This document shows, piece after piece, positions 18,728 through 27,443 of a stretch of DNA of 64,000 nt. A program made the translations under genes and the position numbers. The notes under the pieces are model-generated. The model searched no databases. It was given only the letters and a program-made list of their open reading frames with translations, and was not told the DNA's origin. This DNA comes from Actinomycetota bacterium (GTDB lineage: Bacteria > Actinomycetota > UBA4738 > HRBIN12): positions 314 to 64,313 of the forward strand of contig DASWAT010000193.1 in assembly GCA_036390995.1 (NCBI GenBank), given 5' to 3'. Position 1 is the stretch's first letter. Each line of letters starts with the position of its first letter.

Positions 18728-19896
18728 CGAAGGTCTTCGGATCGGACGTGCTCGCCGTCAGCGATCTCTCGTTGGAGATCGGCGACGGCGAGTTCATGGT
18801 GCTGGTGGGACCCTCCGGCTGCGGAAAATCGACGATCCTGCGGATCCTCGCCGGCCTCGAGGAGGTGACGGCGGGCGAGGTCTCCATCGGCGACCGACAG
18901 GTCACCGACCTGGCTCCGAAGGAGCGCGACGTCGCGATGGTGTTCCAGAACTACGCGCTCTACCCGCACATGACCGTCGAGGAGAATCTCGGGTTCGGGC
19001 TCAAGATCCGACGGGCCTCGAAGGAGGATACGCACCGCCGCGTCCGGGCGGCCGCCAAGATCCTCGGCCTCGAGCCGCTGCTCCGCCGAAGGCCTGCGGC
19101 GCTCTCCGGGGGCCAGCGCCAGCGAGTGGCGATGGGCCGTGCCATGGTTCGCGAGCCTCAGGCGTTCCTCATGGACGAACCGTTGTCGAACCTCGACGCG
19201 AAGCTTCGGGTCCAGATGCGCGCCGAGCTGGCCAAGCTCCACGAGCGCCTGAAGACCACCACGGTATATGTCACGCACGACCAGGTCGAAGCCATGACGC
19301 TCGGCGAGCGGGTCGCGGTCCTTCGGGACGGCGTGTTGCAGCAGGTCGACACACCGCAGAACCTCTACAACCGCCCGGCGAACCTGTTCGTGGCGGCGTT
19401 CATCGGATCGCCGCCGATGAACCTCGTGGAGGCTCGGATCGGCGCCGGTATGGTCTCGTTCGCAGGCTTCCACGTGCCCCTTCCTCGCGACGTGGATCTC
19501 GCCCCTCTCGACGGACGAACGATCATCCTCGGGATCCGGCCCTCCGACCTAGAGGACACGGAGGTCTGGTCCAACCCCGACCTTCCATCGATCGAGGTGA
19601 TGGCAGACGTCATCGAGGAGCTCGGATCGGAGGTGAACGTCCTGTTCACGGTGGACGCTCCGCCGATCGAGACCGAGGAGACGCTCGCGGCCGCCGATCA
19701 GGCGGCGGAGGAGGTCCCGATCCCGCTCCTGGCCGACGGGCGCCGGGCCATCTTCTGCGCCCGGGTCGACGCCCGGACCAGGGCCCGACCGGGTGCTACC
19801 GTCACGTTGTCCCTGGACCCGAGGCGGTTCCACTTCTTCGACCCGGAGACGGGCCTGGCCATCGCGCCGGCACGGGCGGCGTCGGCGACGGCCTGA
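18700..19896 (+). CDS. msiK: Sugar ABC transporter ATP-binding protein
   Basis: GPSGCGKST, LSGGQRQR, FLMDEP, YVTHDQVEAM, FIGSP and C-terminal HFFD. Confidence 0.9.
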   Translation: MARIVLDGVTKVFGSDVLAVSDLSLEIGDGEFMVLVGPSGCGKSTILRILAGLEEVTAGEVSIGDRQVTDLAPKERDVAMVFQNYALYPHMTVEENLGFGLKIRRASKEDTHRRVRAAAKILGLEPLLRRRPAALSGGQRQRVAMGRAMVREPQAFLMDEPLSNLDAKLRVQMRAELAKLHERLKTTTVYVTHDQVEAMTLGERVAVLRDGVLQQVDTPQNLYNRPANLFVAAFIGSPPMNLVEARIGAGMVSFAGFHVPLPRDVDLAPLDGRTIILGIRPSDLEDTEVWSNPDLPSIEVMADVIEELGSEVNVLFTVDAPPIETEETLAAADQAAEEVPIPLLADGRRAIFCARVDARTRARPGATVTLSLDPRRFHFFDPETGLAIAPARAASATA

Positions 19897-19902
19897 GACG
19901 CC

Positions 19903-21042
19903 TCAGTCCGCCCGCTCACCCACCTCCACGGCTGAGGGCCGGAACGGGATCCACGCCTCGACCACGGTTCCCGTGCCCGGTGTGCTGGTGACGCGGCACC
20001 ACCCGCCGGCCAGCTCCGCTCGTTCGACCATGGTCGGCAGGCCGATGTGCCCCGGCGTGGGGTGCTCGGGGTCCCCAGGATCGAACCCCCGTCCGTCGTC
20101 GGCCACCCGCAGCCCGATGCCGCCGTCCGGGCCGGCGAGCCGGACCTCCAGCCGCCCCGCATCCGCGTGCTTGCCGGCGTTCGTCACGGCCTCCTGCGCG
20201 ATCCGGAACACGATCGCGCCCAGATCGGGCGGCGGCTCCTCCGTGAGCTCCACGTCGAGCGTCCAGGCAACCGGGAACCGGAGGTCCTCGAGGTAGGCGC
20301 GCAGCGCCGCAGCGAGCCCCTCCTGGTCGAGGGTCACCGGGCGGAGCTCGAACAACAGATGGCGAAGACGATCGACCGCGAGCTTCAAGGTCTCGTGGAC
20401 CTCGCCGATCCCCCGCCGCAGGTCGGGGTCGTCGGCGGCCCCGAGGAGCGCCTGCAGCTGAAGGTCGGCGGCGCTGATCACCTGGATCGAGTCGTCGTGG
20501 AGGTCCGCGGCGATCCGGCGCCGTTCCTCCTCCTGGGCCTCCTCGAGCCGGGCCAGCAGGGACCGCCGCTCCTCCAGGTTCTGCCACCGGAGGGCCTCGC
20601 TCGCGCGGAGCCGCTCCTGCGCCTGCTTGCGCTCGGTGACGTCGACCATCACGCCTCGCCAGAACAGCGTCCCGCCGCGACCGTCCGATACAGGAACCGC
20701 CTCGTCGAGGATCCACACCTCCCGCCCGTCGGCTGCGAGCAGCCGGTACTCGCTGCGGAACGGCCGGCCGAGCTCACGGGATCGCCGCCGCTCCCGGTTC
20801 ACGCGGTCGCGGTCGTCCGGGTGCAGGCGGGAGCGACGAAGGGCCGGCTCCTCACGCCAGCGAGCCACGGGGTACCCGAGGACCCGCTCGACCTGCGACG
20901 AGGTGAACAGGTTCGTGCCGTCGCCGTCGTTCGAGTCCACGTATAGCACCGCCGGTAGGACGTCGCCGATGGATCGAGCGGCCGCCTCGGCTCTGACCAC
21001 GGCTTCGATCAGTCCAGGTGGGATCCGGGTCCGGGTGGTCAC
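19903..21042 (-). CDS. PAS-domain sensor histidine kinase (HisKA_3/NarQ-type)
   Basis: LHPDDRDRV PAS/PAC, ERRRIAADLHD H-box, QEAVTNAGKH, DDGRGF and GHIGL. Confidence 0.88.
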   Translation of the reverse strand: MTTRTRIPPGLIEAVVRAEAAARSIGDVLPAVLYVDSNDGDGTNLFTSSQVERVLGYPVARWREEPALRRSRLHPDDRDRVNRERRRSRELGRPFRSEYRLLAADGREVWILDEAVPVSDGRGGTLFWRGVMVDVTERKQAQERLRASEALRWQNLEERRSLLARLEEAQEEERRRIAADLHDDSIQVISAADLQLQALLGAADDPDLRRGIGEVHETLKLAVDRLRHLLFELRPVTLDQEGLAAALRAYLEDLRFPVAWTLDVELTEEPPPDLGAIVFRIAQEAVTNAGKHADAGRLEVRLAGPDGGIGLRVADDGRGFDPGDPEHPTPGHIGLPTMVERAELAGGWCRVTSTPGTGTVVEAWIPFRPSAVEVGERAD

Positions 21043-21049
21043 ATGGCCC

Positions 21050-21532
21050 TCACAGCTTGTAGCCGAACCGTCGGAGCAGCGCCATGCGCTCGGCCACGTC
21101 CTCCTCCGACTCCACCCCGAGCGGCGTTCTACCGTCGACCACGCCGAGGATGCCGCGCCCCTGCTCGGTCTCCGCCACCACCACCTCAACCGGGTTCGCG
21201 GTGGCGCAGTAGATGCGGCAGACCTCCGGGATCATCTTCACGGCGTTCAGAACGTTGATGGGGAACCCGTCCTTCAGGAGGATCACGAACGCGTGACCGG
21301 CGCCGATCGCCTGTGCGTTCCGCACGGAAAGGTCGACCAGCTCCGTGTCGTTCCCGCTCCGGCGGACCAGCCGAGGCCCGCTCGACTCGCAGAAGGCGAT
21401 CCCGAACTTCAGCCCTGGCGAGGCCTGCACGAGCGTCTCGTGGAGATCCTCGACGGTCTTGATGAAATGCGACTGCCCGAGGATGAGGTTCAACTCCTCC
21501 GGCTTCTCGAACCGGACGGTGGTGATCTCCAT
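21050..21532 (-). CDS. DUF355 / adenosine-specific kinase family protein
   Basis: ILGQSHFIKTVEDL, FCESSG, AGHAF, CATANP and GILGVVDG. Confidence 0.9.
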   Translation of the reverse strand: MEITTVRFEKPEELNLILGQSHFIKTVEDLHETLVQASPGLKFGIAFCESSGPRLVRRSGNDTELVDLSVRNAQAIGAGHAFVILLKDGFPINVLNAVKMIPEVCRIYCATANPVEVVVAETEQGRGILGVVDGRTPLGVESEEDVAERMALLRRFGYKL

Positions 21533-21542
21533 AGGGGGCTCC

Positions 21543-22736
21543 TCAGCTCGTCGGCGAACCCGTTCGCGCGATCGTTCCGAGCTTGGAGACTACCCCGGCC
21601 AAGAGTGCGATTCGAGGAACCACGGAGGTGAGATCCATCCATTCCTCCGCCGCGTGAGACGCCCCGCCGATCGGTCCGAGGCCGTCCAGGGTCGGCACCC
21701 CGGCGGCCGACGTGGTGTTCGCATCGGACGCTCCACCGGTGGATGCGTCCCGTAGCTCGAACCCCAGCTCCATCGCCACATCGGTGGCGAGCGAAGCCAG
21801 ACGAGCCCCGCCCTCCCTCCGCTCCATCGGTCGATGCCACTTGCCGGGCTGGATCTCGACGGAGACGTCGGGCACGGTGTGGGTGACGGCGATCCGCTCG
21901 ATCTCCTCCTCTACCACCCCAAGACTCTCCTCCTGGGGCGATCGGACGTCGATCTCGATCGTGCACCGCTCGGCCACGACGTTGGTGCGCGTTCCTCCGC
22001 GGACGGTCCCCGCATTCACCGTCACGCCAGGCCACCGCCCGTTCAGCGCGTGCAGCGCCACGATCTTGTGCGCCGCCTCCAGCACGGCGCTCCGTCCCTG
22101 CTCCGGCTCGACACCCGCGTGCGCGGCGCGGCCGGTGATCTCGATCCGGTAGTCCGAGACGCCCTTGCGGGCCGAGACCACGTCGCCGTTCTCGCGCCCG
22201 CTCTCCAGGACGAGGGCGGCGTCGGCCCGTCCCGCCGCCTCCTGGATGTGCGCCCGCGAGAAGGGGGACCCGATCTCCTCGTCAGGGTTGCAGACGTACG
22301 TGATGGAGCCGAAGCCGTCGAACCCCGCCTCCTGCAGGACCTCCACGGCGAAGAAGCCGAGGAGCAGGCCACTCTTCATGTCCGACACGCCGGGGCCGGT
22401 CGCGCGATCGCCTCGTGCGGCGAACGGACGCTCTTCCGCCGTGCCGGGATCGAACACGGTGTCGGTGTGTCCGATCAACAGGACGTGGGGACCACCGACG
22501 CCCTCGAGGCGACCGATCAGCAGGTCGCCGAGCTGCGGCTCGTCGCCGGCAGGCCGGTGGGGGATCCGCCGGACGGTCCACCCGCCGCGCTCGAACCGCG
22601 CGGCACACAGATCGGCGACGCGGTTCACGCCGTGGGGCGTGTACGAACCCGAGTCGATGTCCACCATCTCGCGCAACGCGTCGACGAAGTCGTCGTAGCG
22701 GTCCGCGGCAAGGCGCTCGAGCTGCCCCGGGTCCAC
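21543..22736 (-). CDS. M20 family metallopeptidase (glutamate carboxypeptidase-like)
   Basis: LIGHTDTVF, GPGVSDMKSG, PDEEIGS, GRAAHAG, GGASDAN and DGLGPIG. Confidence 0.9.
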   Translation of the reverse strand: MDPGQLERLAADRYDDFVDALREMVDIDSGSYTPHGVNRVADLCAARFERGGWTVRRIPHRPAGDEPQLGDLLIGRLEGVGGPHVLLIGHTDTVFDPGTAEERPFAARGDRATGPGVSDMKSGLLLGFFAVEVLQEAGFDGFGSITYVCNPDEEIGSPFSRAHIQEAAGRADAALVLESGRENGDVVSARKGVSDYRIEITGRAAHAGVEPEQGRSAVLEAAHKIVALHALNGRWPGVTVNAGTVRGGTRTNVVAERCTIEIDVRSPQEESLGVVEEEIERIAVTHTVPDVSVEIQPGKWHRPMERREGGARLASLATDVAMELGFELRDASTGGASDANTTSAAGVPTLDGLGPIGGASHAAEEWMDLTSVVPRIALLAGVVSKLGTIARTGSPTS

Positions 22737-22776
22737 GGCGCGCCAGTATACGGGCGGCCCGGGTACCATCCGCGGC

Positions 22777-23457
22777 GTGACGCGGCGGGGCGGAGACGAC
22801 CTGAACGTCTGGTGGAGGATCGGCATCCTCCTCGTCGGGATCGTCTGGCGGCTGCTGTTCCGACTGCGGTACATGGGAACGGAGAAGATCCCGCGGACCG
22901 GTCCCGCCATCGTCGCCGGCAACCACCTGAGCGCGCTGGACGGCATCGTGGTGGGACTCGCCAACGGCGAGCGAGCCCGCCGGATGACCCGGTTCCTCGC
23001 AGCGGCCGAGTTCTTCGTCAAGCCGTGGTTCGGATGGGCGCTGCGCCTGTACCGGCAGATCCCCCTCCGCAGGGGCGAGGGCGACGCCAGCGCGCTCGAC
23101 GAGGCCATCCGGGCGATCCGCGGCGGCGCCCTGGCCGGGATCTTCCCCGAGGGACTCGTGAACCCGCACCCTGAGGAGTTACAGCGGGGCCGTTCCGGCC
23201 TAGCGCGTCTGGCCCTTCCCACCGGCGCACCTGTGGTCCCGGTGGGGATCTGGGGAACGCAGGACCGCTGGCCGCGCGACGGCCTCCACTTCCGCCGGCC
23301 GTGGCGCCCCACCCTCGTCGTGGCCTACGGAGACCCGATCGAGCCGTACGGCGATCCCGACGACCCCGCCGACGTGCAGGCCTTCACGGAGACGGTCATG
23401 GAGGCGATCGCCCGTCAGATGCGGGTCGCTCGCGCCGCCGCCGCGCGCCGGCCCTGA
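22777..23457 (+). CDS. Lysophospholipid acyltransferase (PlsC family)
   Basis: NHLSALD (HX4D), IFPEG and VPVGIWG. Confidence 0.88.
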   Translation: MTRRGGDDLNVWWRIGILLVGIVWRLLFRLRYMGTEKIPRTGPAIVAGNHLSALDGIVVGLANGERARRMTRFLAAAEFFVKPWFGWALRLYRQIPLRRGEGDASALDEAIRAIRGGALAGIFPEGLVNPHPEELQRGRSGLARLALPTGAPVVPVGIWGTQDRWPRDGLHFRRPWRPTLVVAYGDPIEPYGDPDDPADVQAFTETVMEAIARQMRVARAAAARRP

Positions 23458-23548
23458 CGGCGGCCCTCTCCGGGGGGCTGATCGGGCGGGTCGAGCCCGG
23501 CACCGCGATCGCTCTCCGTGCTACGGTCGAGGAGGAGGAGGGACGACG

Positions 23549-25012
23549 ATGTCGGCGCAGCCCCCCACCCGCACGTCGACCGACGGCCGGTTCCACCTGA
23601 CGCGCGAGACGCCGTTCCGCTGGCGCATCCGGCTCAGAGACGGCATGCAGGTGCCCGGCGTGCTCTTCGCGTCGGACAGGCTGATCCCGGACATCCTCGC
23701 TGACCAGTCGCTCGCTCAGGTGGCGAACGTGGCCACGCTGCCGGGCATCGTCGACGCCTCGTACGGGATGCCCGACATCCACCTCGGCTACGGGTTCCCG
23801 ATCGGCGCCGTGGCCGCGACCGATGTCGAAGCAGGCGGCGTCATCTCGCCGGGCGGCGTGGGGTTCGACATCTCGTGCGGCGTGCGGCTACTGGTCTCGG
23901 GCCTCGACCTGGACGAGGTCCGTCCGAGCCTCGACCGGCTGATGGACGCGCTCGACCGGAACACCCCGAAGGGCGTCGGGAAGGGGGGCGTGTGGCATCT
24001 GCGATCCGAGCGCGACCTCGAGCGGCTCATGGTGGAGGGCGCCCGCTTCGCCGTCCGAAGCGGATACGGCGTGGATCGGGATCTCCAGCGGTGCGAGGAC
24101 GGGGGGGCGCTCCCGGAGGCCGACCCCGGCCAGGTGAGCGCGCACGCACGCCAGCGAGGGCTCGGCCAGGTGGGGAGCCTGGGTTCGGGCAACCACTTCC
24201 TCGAAGTCCAGACGGTGGATAGGGTGTTCGACCCGGACCTGGGGCACGCGTTCGGCCTGCGCGAGCGGCAGGTCTGCGTGATGATCCACTGCGGTTCGCG
24301 CGGCCTCGGGCACCAGGTGTGCACCGACCACGTCCGCGTGATGGAGCGGGTCATGCCCGGATACGGGATCCGCGTTCCCGACCGCCAACTGGCCTGCGCG
24401 CCGGTCGACTCGCCGGAGGGCCGCGCGTACCTCGGTGCGATGGCCGCCGCCACGAACTACGGCCGCGCGAACCGCCAGCTGCTGTCCGAGGCCGTTCGGG
24501 ACGCGTTCGCCGAGACCCTCGGGACACGAGCGCTCGACCTCCTGTACGACGTGTCGCACAACCTGGCGAAGCTCGAACGCCACCGGGTGGACGGCCGCGA
24601 CCGACTGCTCTGCGTGCAGCGCAAGGGCGCAACGCTCGCGCTGCCACCCGGCGACGAACGGCTCCCCGGCGACCTCCGCCCGTTCGGCCAGCCGGTCCTC
24701 ATCCCCGGCTCGATGGGTACGGCGTCCTACGTGCTTGCCGGCGTGCGGCAGAGCGGCGCCTTCCACTCGACCTGCCACGGCGCCGGACGGACGATGAGCC
24801 GTCACGCGGCGACGAAGAAGATCCACGGGGGCGACCTCCGGTCGCAGCTCGAACGGGAGGGGATCGCGGTGCGGGCCGGATCGCTCCGAGGCCTGGCCGA
24901 GGAGGCACCGTTCGCCTACAAGGACGTCGACGAGGTCGTCGCCACGTGCGAGGGGGCCGGCCTGGCCCGCCGGGTCGCCCGCCTGCGCCCGATCGGTGTG
25001 GTCAAGGGCTGA
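23549..25012 (+). CDS. rtcB: RtcB family RNA ligase (long, archaeal-like type)
   Basis: [51 protein letters not shown] and [10 protein letters not shown]. Confidence 0.94.
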   Translation: MSAQPPTRTSTDGRFHLTRETPFRWRIRLRDGMQVPGVLFASDRLIPDILADQSLAQVANVATLPGIVDASYGMPDIHLGYGFPIGAVAATDVEAGGVISPGGVGFDISCGVRLLVSGLDLDEVRPSLDRLMDALDRNTPKGVGKGGVWHLRSERDLERLMVEGARFAVRSGYGVDRDLQRCEDGGALPEADPGQVSAHARQRGLGQVGSLGSGNHFLEVQTVDRVFDPDLGHAFGLRERQVCVMIHCGSRGLGHQVCTDHVRVMERVMPGYGIRVPDRQLACAPVDSPEGRAYLGAMAAATNYGRANRQLLSEAVRDAFAETLGTRALDLLYDVSHNLAKLERHRVDGRDRLLCVQRKGATLALPPGDERLPGDLRPFGQPVLIPGSMGTASYVLAGVRQSGAFHSTCHGAGRTMSRHAATKKIHGGDLRSQLEREGIAVRAGSLRGLAEEAPFAYKDVDEVVATCEGAGLARRVARLRPIGVVKG

Positions 25013-25018
25013 GCCGAC

Positions 25019-25654
25019 TCACGCCGGCGAGACGCCGAGGTGCTCGGCGAACCAGTCGCCCGCGAGCTCGGCAACGCGTTCCAGGGCGCCCGGCTCCTCG
25101 AACAGGTGGGTCGCTCCGGGCACGATCTCCAGAGCGTTGGGGCAGCGGAGCTCCGCCTGGGCCTCGCGGTTCAGCTCGATCACCACGGTGTCGGCGCCGC
25201 CGACGATCAACAGGGTAGGCGCGCCGACCCGGGGGAGCGCCGCACCGGCCAGGTCGGGACGACCGCCGCGGGAGACCACCGCCCCGATCCGCTTCCCGAG
25301 CTCGGCCGCGGCCACCAGCGCTGCCGCCGCTCCCGTGCTCGCTCCGAACAGCCCAACCGGCAGACCGCCCACGTCGCCGCGACCGAGGAGCCACTCCACG
25401 GCCGAGCCCAGCCGACCCGCGAGCAGCTCGATGTCGAACACGTTGGCCCGGTCGGCCTCTTCGTCCGGCGTCAGGAGGTCGAAGAGCAGCGTCGCGATCT
25501 CACGGCCGTTCAAGGCGCGGGCAACCGCGACGTTGCGGACCGACAGCCGGCTGCTCCCGCTCCCGTGCGCGAACGCGACCACGCCGGTCGCGGCGGCGGG
25601 TGTCGTGAGTTCGCCGGGTAGGAGGACCCCATCGATCCCAAGCTCGACGTCCAT
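25019..25654 (-). CDS. Dienelactone-hydrolase-like alpha/beta hydrolase
   Basis: FAHGSGSSRLS, FGASTGAAAA, VSRGGRPD and GATHLFEE; start uncertain. Confidence 0.82.
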   Translation of the reverse strand: MDVELGIDGVLLPGELTTPAAATGVVAFAHGSGSSRLSVRNVAVARALNGREIATLLFDLLTPDEEADRANVFDIELLAGRLGSAVEWLLGRGDVGGLPVGLFGASTGAAAALVAAAELGKRIGAVVSRGGRPDLAGAALPRVGAPTLLIVGGADTVVIELNREAQAELRCPNALEIVPGATHLFEEPGALERVAELAGDWFAEHLGVSPA

Positions 25655-25798
25655 GGACGCCACCATCTCCACGCTGGCAGGACTTCGGGACGGATGCAAC
25701 CCCCTGGATGGGTGGTTGCGAAACGGACGCACTACCGTCTGGCAACGAACCGGGGCCGGCCCGAAGGGCCGGCCCCGTCTACTCGTCTCCCCGACGCG

Positions 25799-26731
25799 TC
25801 ACATCACGGTGACGGCCGAGATGAGGTTCGAGTCACGCAGCTTGCGCAGCGCCTCCCGCTCGATCAGGCGGACCCGCTCGCCCGACAGCCCGAGCACCTT
25901 CCCGGTCTCGCGGAGCGACAGCGGCTGCCCGTTCTCGAGGCCGTACCGGAGGGCGATCACGTGGCGCTCGCGCTCGTCGAGCACGCGCTCCACGGCGTCG
26001 CCGATCTCCTCGCGGACCAGCTGGTCCTCGACCTCGTTGAACGCGGCGTCCGAGTCGACCTCCTCGATGAGGTCGCCGAGCTCGGTGTCCTCGCCAACCG
26101 GCGACTGCAGGGACAGCGGCTCGCGCCTGCCCATCTCGGAGAGGTCGTCGATCTCCTCCACCGTGGTGTCGAGCGCCTTCGCCAGCTCCTCACGCGATGG
26201 CTCGCGGCCCATGGTCTGCGCGAACTGGAACCGCGTGCGATTCAGCTTGCGCAGCCGGTCGTGGATGTGCACCGGCAGGCGGATCGAGCGCGACCGGTCG
26301 GCGATGGCCCGGGTGATTCCCTGCCGGATCCACCACGTGGCGTACGTGGAGAACTTGAAGCCCCGGCGCCAGTCGAACAGCTCGACGGCGCGCATGAGGC
26401 CGATGTTCCCCTCCTGAATCAGGTCGAGCAGCGGCAGGCCCTGGCCCTGGTACTTCCGGGCGACCGAGACGACCAGCCGAAGGTTGGCCATGATGAACCG
26501 CTGGCGCGCGGCTTCGGCCTTCTTCACCGCCTGCCGCGCCTTCATGATGGACTTCTCCGAACGCAGCCGGCCGGAGCGGAGCTTCTCCTCCGCCTCCTTG
26601 CCGTGCTCGATGATGATGGCGAGCTCGACCTCCTCCTCCTTCGTGAGGAGTGGCTCACGCGCCGCGGCCTCCAGGTACAGCCGGAGGTCGTCGGCGTCGT
26701 CGGTGCCAAGCGGTCGTGCAGGTTCTGGCAT
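25799..26731 (-). CDS. RpoD/SigA-family sigma-70 factor lacking region 1.1
   Basis: LRLYL / LLTKEEE (1.2), [31 protein letters not shown] (2.4) and [10 protein letters not shown] (4.2); RBS GAAGGAG. Confidence 0.92.
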   Translation of the reverse strand: MPEPARPLGTDDADDLRLYLEAAAREPLLTKEEEVELAIIIEHGKEAEEKLRSGRLRSEKSIMKARQAVKKAEAARQRFIMANLRLVVSVARKYQGQGLPLLDLIQEGNIGLMRAVELFDWRRGFKFSTYATWWIRQGITRAIADRSRSIRLPVHIHDRLRKLNRTRFQFAQTMGREPSREELAKALDTTVEEIDDLSEMGRREPLSLQSPVGEDTELGDLIEEVDSDAAFNEVEDQLVREEIGDAVERVLDERERHVIALRYGLENGQPLSLRETGKVLGLSGERVRLIEREALRKLRDSNLISAVTVM

Positions 26732-26974
26732 GTGCTCCTTCACTCTCCCCTCGAAGCCCGGGGTCGGGGCGTGCGTACCCCTTTGCCAGGTCTTCGGGAC
26801 CTTACAACGTACGTTGGCCCGCGGGCGCACGAAAACATGGCCGCCGGAGGCCTCTCGTTCGCGATGGTATCGACGCCTCCCGGATTTGTAAAGGCGATCA
26901 CCTGTTGAGACATCGTGAAAGTCCCGGCTATTCCGCATGTTTCGGCCCCGAACGACCTCTGGCGGCCGTTTCGT

Positions 26975-27122
26975 GGGGCCATCGTGAGACCTTCGCCGGG
27001 ATGGTGGGGAGGGTTCGCCTGATCCCCCAGGCTGCGGCACGAAGAACGGGGCTCACGGTTCGGGTCCCAGGGCAGGCCGAACCCTCCCGGAGGCGAGGAG
27101 GCAGGAGGCCGATCGTGGCCCC
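26975..27122. ncRNA. Candidate rod-like structured RNA in the 537-bp intergenic region; strand unknown
   Basis: Nested helices 26975-26981/27116-27122, 26991-26997/27092-27098 and 27007-27021/27073-27088 (15 bp, one bulge). No family recognised. Confidence 0.35.
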
Positions 27123-27268
27123 CGGGAGGAGGAACCGAGCCGGAAGCAGGGTCGGCGGCACGGGAGGGCTCAACGACCCCGAACGTTCATCCGCCGCTCC
27201 CCCGGCCGTTCGCCCACGGGACATCTGCGTGGGGTGTGATGGGGTCGGTTCAGTCCAAGGAGGATCCG

Positions 27269-27361
27269 ATGCACGAGGACCCGAACCGCATCTTCGGCCC
27301 GGAAGACGAGGAGGACGAAGAGGACGAGAACCTCGTCTGGGTCTGGGACGCACAAGACTGA
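27269..27361 (+). CDS. 30-aa acidic small protein MHEDPNRIFGPEDEEDEEDENLVWVWDAQD
   Basis: AAGGAGG SD 5 nt before the ATG; GC-biased third positions; followed by a hairpin. Below the ORF-track cutoff. Confidence 0.55.
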   Translation: MHEDPNRIFGPEDEEDEEDENLVWVWDAQD

Positions 27362-27388
27362 GTTCGAGCACCGGCCAAGGCGCACCGG

Positions 27389-27406
27389 GGGGCGGACAAC
27401 CGCCCC
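27389..27406. terminator. GGGGCGG-ACAA-CCGCCCC hairpin between convergent genes
   Basis: Perfect 7-bp stem with a 4-nt loop; short T run only. Confidence 0.5.
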
Positions 27407-27443
27407 TTCGTCGCGTCGGTGGTCCGGGTGCGTTGGAGTACGG

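Noticed and set aside
23549-25012. RtcB as part of an RNA-repair or anti-phage island
   Set aside because: No rtcA, rtcR, Ro/TROVE, toxin or defence genes nearby.
26760-26800. GGCAAA plus hairpins upstream of the sigma gene as a c-di-GMP riboswitch
   Set aside because: Lacks the GNRA-capped P2, the GACGCAAA junction and the P3 arrangement.
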